From positions 17,424,001 to 17,488,000 of the forward strand of contig NC_086109.1 in the NCBI RefSeq assembly GCF_963921235.1: 64,000 bases of DNA. Reading direction: 5' to 3'. This document shows, in pieces, positions 60,446 to 64,000 of the stretch. The stretch's first letter is position 1. The number at the start of each line of letters is the position of its first letter. A program made the translations under genes and the position numbers. This DNA is from Mobula hypostoma. Lineage: Eukaryota. The notes under the pieces were generated by a model. That model made no database searches and was not told the DNA's origin. It saw only the letters and a program-made list of their open reading frames with translations.

Positions 60446-60751
60446 TCCTGTGAGGAAGCATGGAAGTATTCTGTATAATTGTTGAATGTTGTTGTTTTGT
60501 GTTGTATGTTGCACCAGCAAACTGCAGTGGTTTCTTAGGACATGCAAATGTACAGCATATGCTGAATAAAGTTGGTCCTTAATCCTTGAAATGAAAGTGG
60601 ACATAACAGCGTCAGAGTGGGGTAGCTGGTAGTGTTGCTTCCCCATTAGCTTCAGTGACCCAGGTTCATTTCTGATCTCCGTTATTTGTGTGGAATTTAC
60701 CTGGGTCATTGTGATTGCCATGGGTTTCCCCAGTGTGTTCCAGTTCAACCC

Positions 60752-61450
60752 TCAAAGTAACTTTATTATCAAAGTACATATACGTCATCATAGAACCCTG
60801 AGATTCATTTTCTTGTAGGCATACTCAAGAAATCTCTAGAATACTAACCCATAACAGAATCAATGAAAGACCGCCCAACTTGGGCATTTAACCAAAGTGT
60901 AGAAGACAACAAACTTTGCAAATACAAGAAGAAGAAATAACAATAATGAATAAATAAACAGTAAATATTGTGAACATGAGATGAAGAGTCCTTGAAAGTG
61001 ACTCTATTAGTTCTGGGAACATTTTAATAATGGGGCAAGTGAAGTTGAGTGATGTTATCCCGCTTGGTTCTAGAGTCTGATGGCTGAGGGGTAGTAACTG
61101 TCCCTAAACCTGGTCATGTGAGCGCTGAGCTCTGTATCTTCTTTCTGATGGCAGCAGTGAGAATAGAGCATGTCCTGATTGGTGGAGGTCTCTGATGATA
61201 GATGCTGCTTTCCTGTGACAGCGCTCCACGTAGATGTGCTCAATGGTGGGGAGGGCTTTACCCATGATGGACTCTGCTGTATCCACCACATTTTGTAGGA
61301 TTTCCCATTCAAGGGCATTGGTGTTTCCATACCAGGCTGTGATGGAGCTAGTCAATATACTGTCCACCACACATCTATAGAAGTTTGTCAAAGTTTTAGA
61401 TGTCGTGCCGAATCTTTGCAAACTCCTAAGGAAGTAAAGATGTTTCCTTT
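60752..61450 (-). mobile_element. Rex1/Babar-like 3' part
   Basis: LYFLRSLQRFG...FYRCVVDSILTSSITAWYGN...TRFRDSYYPSAIRL plus 3'UTR. Confidence 0.85.
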
Positions 61451-61769
61451 CAGGTCCCAAAATATGTACAGTATGTTGGTAGGTTAATTATCTACTGTAC
61501 TGAGGGGTAGACGTTGGTGGTTATTGATTGGAATGTGGAAGAATAACATGGTTTGAAGTAGGAATAGTGTATGAATGGCCTTTTATCCATGTTGTAACTC
61601 TCTGACCCTATACTAAACCAATATGACCAAAGTCAACCACCATTACTAGGTGTGAATTACTGTTAAACTTGCAGCGATTGGGGTAAGTCCCCAGAAACTT
61701 CATTTACCCACCTCACCTTTTGCACAATCCTTGTCATCAGTATTTAATGAAGAATCTTCTCTTCATCTA

Positions 61770-62060
61770 GGGCAGCACAGTGGCATAGTGATTAGTGCAA
61801 TGCTTTACAGTACCAGCAACCCAGTTCAATTCTGATCGCTTTCTTCAAGCAGTCTGTGCATTCTCTCCGTGGTTGTGTGAGCTTCCTTCAGGTGCTCGGG
61901 CTTCCTTCCAGAGTCAAAAGACGTACTAGTAGGTTAATCAGTCACTGTAAATTATCCTGTGATTAGGCTAAGGTGAAAATGGGGAATTGCTAGGTGGTGC
62001 GGCTCAAAGGGCTGGAAGGGCCCATTCCACACTGTATCTCAGTAAATAAATAAATAATAA
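61770..62060 (+). mobile_element. V-SINE/HE1-like SINE
   Basis: gggcagcacagtggcatagtg head, gttcaattc, (taaa)n tail; colinear with 18215-18525. Confidence 0.75.
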
Positions 62061-62074
62061 GCCCTCAGATGAAT

Positions 62075-62520
62075 AAGACCATAAGGGCAGTGTTAGGTAA
62101 TTTGGCTCACTGAGTTTGCCATTCCATCGTGGTTGATTTAATTTCCCTCTCAACCCCGTTCTACTGCCTTCTAGAACCTATCAAATTCCACCGTCTCTGG
62201 CAATGAATTCCAAAGGTTCACCACCCTTTGGCTAAAGAAGTTCCTCCTCATCTCTATTCTAACGGGATGTTCTTTAATTCTGAAGTTCTGTTCTCTGGTC
62301 CGAGACTCCCCTACTATAGAAAATGTCCTCTCCATGTCCACCCAATCTAGGCCTTTCAATATCCGGTAGGTTTCAATGCGATTCTCCCTCAGTCTTCTAA
62401 ATTGCAGTGCATATAGGCCAAGAGCACCAAACACTCCTCTTACATTAGTGCTATTATTCTCATAGCCTCCACTAGGCCCTCTGCAATGCCAACACATTCC
62501 TTAGATATGGGCCCAAATCT
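62075..62520 (-). mobile_element. CR1-like 3' fragment
   Basis: LGLYALQFRRLRENRIETYRILKG...RRNFFSQRVVNLWNSLP. Confidence 0.8.
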
Positions 62521-62899
62521 ACTTACAATAAGCTAGCAGTAGGATTATGTGTTATTGATGTTACTCTCTTGTTTACGCTTGATTAAGTACCTGAATTATT
62601 GCAGGTATTTATACACCAGGATATTGTCATCACTTTTATGTTACTGTTGGTTTAAAACATGGGCATTAAGAACCTGTTCTGACTTGTGAACAGGAATGTA
62701 ACTTCTTTGTAAGTAGGGGACTCTCCGTACTCACACTCTTGTGCCTGAGTTTTCTCGATTATTTAATGTGGGCTTTTAATTGAGGGTCAATTAAGTGAAC
62801 TATTGAGGGGTGGGTGGGGAGGGAGGTTGAGGAAGCCGTACAGGAAGAATTAATGTCATCATCAAGTCTAAAATGGGACAGGTGGTTCAATGTGTACAC

Positions 62900-63503
62900 T
62901 CAACTTCACACTCAACGTTTTAAGAATAGCTTCTTCCCCTCCACTATCAGAATAGGAACACTACCTCACACCTCCAGGTTTAGGAACAGTTACTACCCCT
63001 CAGCCATCAGGCTCTTGAACCAAAGGCAATAACTTTACTCAACTTCACTTGCCCCATTATTGAAATGTTCCCACAACCAAAAGATTCACTCTCAAGGACT
63101 CTGCATCTCATGTTCTCAATACTTATTGCTTATTTACTTACTACTATTCTTTCTTTTTTATCTTTTTGTATTTGCACAGTTTGTTGTTTTTTGCACACCG
63201 GTTGAATACCCAAGTTAGGGATGGTCTTTCATTAGTCCTGTTATTATTCTATAGATTTACTGAGTATGTCTGCGAGAAAAAGAATCTCAGGATTGTATAT
63301 GGTGACATATAAGGTATTTACTTTGATAATAAATTTACTTTCAACTACCTTTGCTCTCTTTTTGCACTACTAGCAAAATTTTTCAATATGGATTTCTTAT
63401 TGTAATTTAGAGTATATTTTATGTATTGCACTGTACTGCTGTCGCAAAACAACAAATTTCAAGACACATGTATGTCAGTGATATTAAACCTAATTCTGAT
63501 TCG
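62900..63503 (+). mobile_element. Two nested Rex1/Babar-like 3' ends
   Basis: QRFKNSFFPSTIR is followed by SRFRNSYYPSAIRLLN; two different tails end at ~63345 and ~63500. Confidence 0.7.
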
Positions 63504-63659
63504 GCCTCTAGAACGTGGCAGATACAGTGTGAGGACTTTCAGCTCTCGGTAGAACTGTCAGAGAAGTTTACATCTTTTGAGGTGGAGGCTTTCCTCTTCT
63601 GCCACAACTCTTGCCGCAGTGTTGCATTACGTCTTGTGTTTGTGTAAGGAACCACAGAC

Positions 63660-63895
63660 AATGGGCAGTAGTGTAGCACTATTGCAGCACCCTTGTTCAA
63701 TTTCCACCACTGTCTGTAAGCAGTTTGTTCGTTCTTCTCTTAACTTTGTGGGTTTTCTCTGGGTGCTTCAGTTTCCTCTCACATTCCAAAAAAAGAGGTG
63801 CGAGTTGATGGGTTAATTGGTCAAATGGATGCAATTGGGCAGCACAGGCTCACTGAGCTGGAAGGGCCTGTTAGCTTGCTGTATCTCTAAATAAA
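63660..63895 (+). mobile_element. V-SINE/HE1-like SINE
   Basis: gttcaatttcc, tgggttttctctgggtgcttcagtttcc, gaagggcctg...gtatctctaaataaa. Confidence 0.65.
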
Positions 63896-64000
63896 ATCCT
63901 TAGACCTTTCCTCTAAGATCGCAAAGAATGATATCAATGTGCCTCCCTGGACACTTAGCACAGAACCTTAAGATGTGACTAGTAACTTCCTCTGAGAGAT

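Overview
Repeat-dense vertebrate DNA, most likely from a cartilaginous fish (ray or shark). This is inferred from the mix of HE1/V-SINE-like SINEs, CR1, Rex1/Babar-like, RTE, L1-clade and Penelope-like elements, Tc1 and hAT derivatives, and a Gypsy-like solo LTR. No complete protein-coding gene, RNA gene or CRISPR array is visible. The long ORFs in the track come from two tandem arrays: a ~1.7 kb compound (CA)n tract (18626-20299) and a ~14.9 kb, 30-bp purine-rich minisatellite (~28884-43767, ~495 units) with 720, 1343 and 2720 bp higher-order duplications. Two phase-compatible candidate coding exons on the minus strand (47714-47856 and 4254-4537) could encode a degenerate CUB-like C-terminal domain, which would place both arrays in one ~43 kb intron; this is tentative. 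On the minus strand each minisatellite unit reads as a branch-point motif plus an AG-free polypyrimidine tract. Several insertions keep their target-site duplications (TSDs): a hAT derivative (6 bp), a solo LTR (5 bp), an L1 (~15 bp) and a palindromic Penelope-like insert (15 bp). Family names come from motif recognition, not database searches, and most boundaries are approximate.
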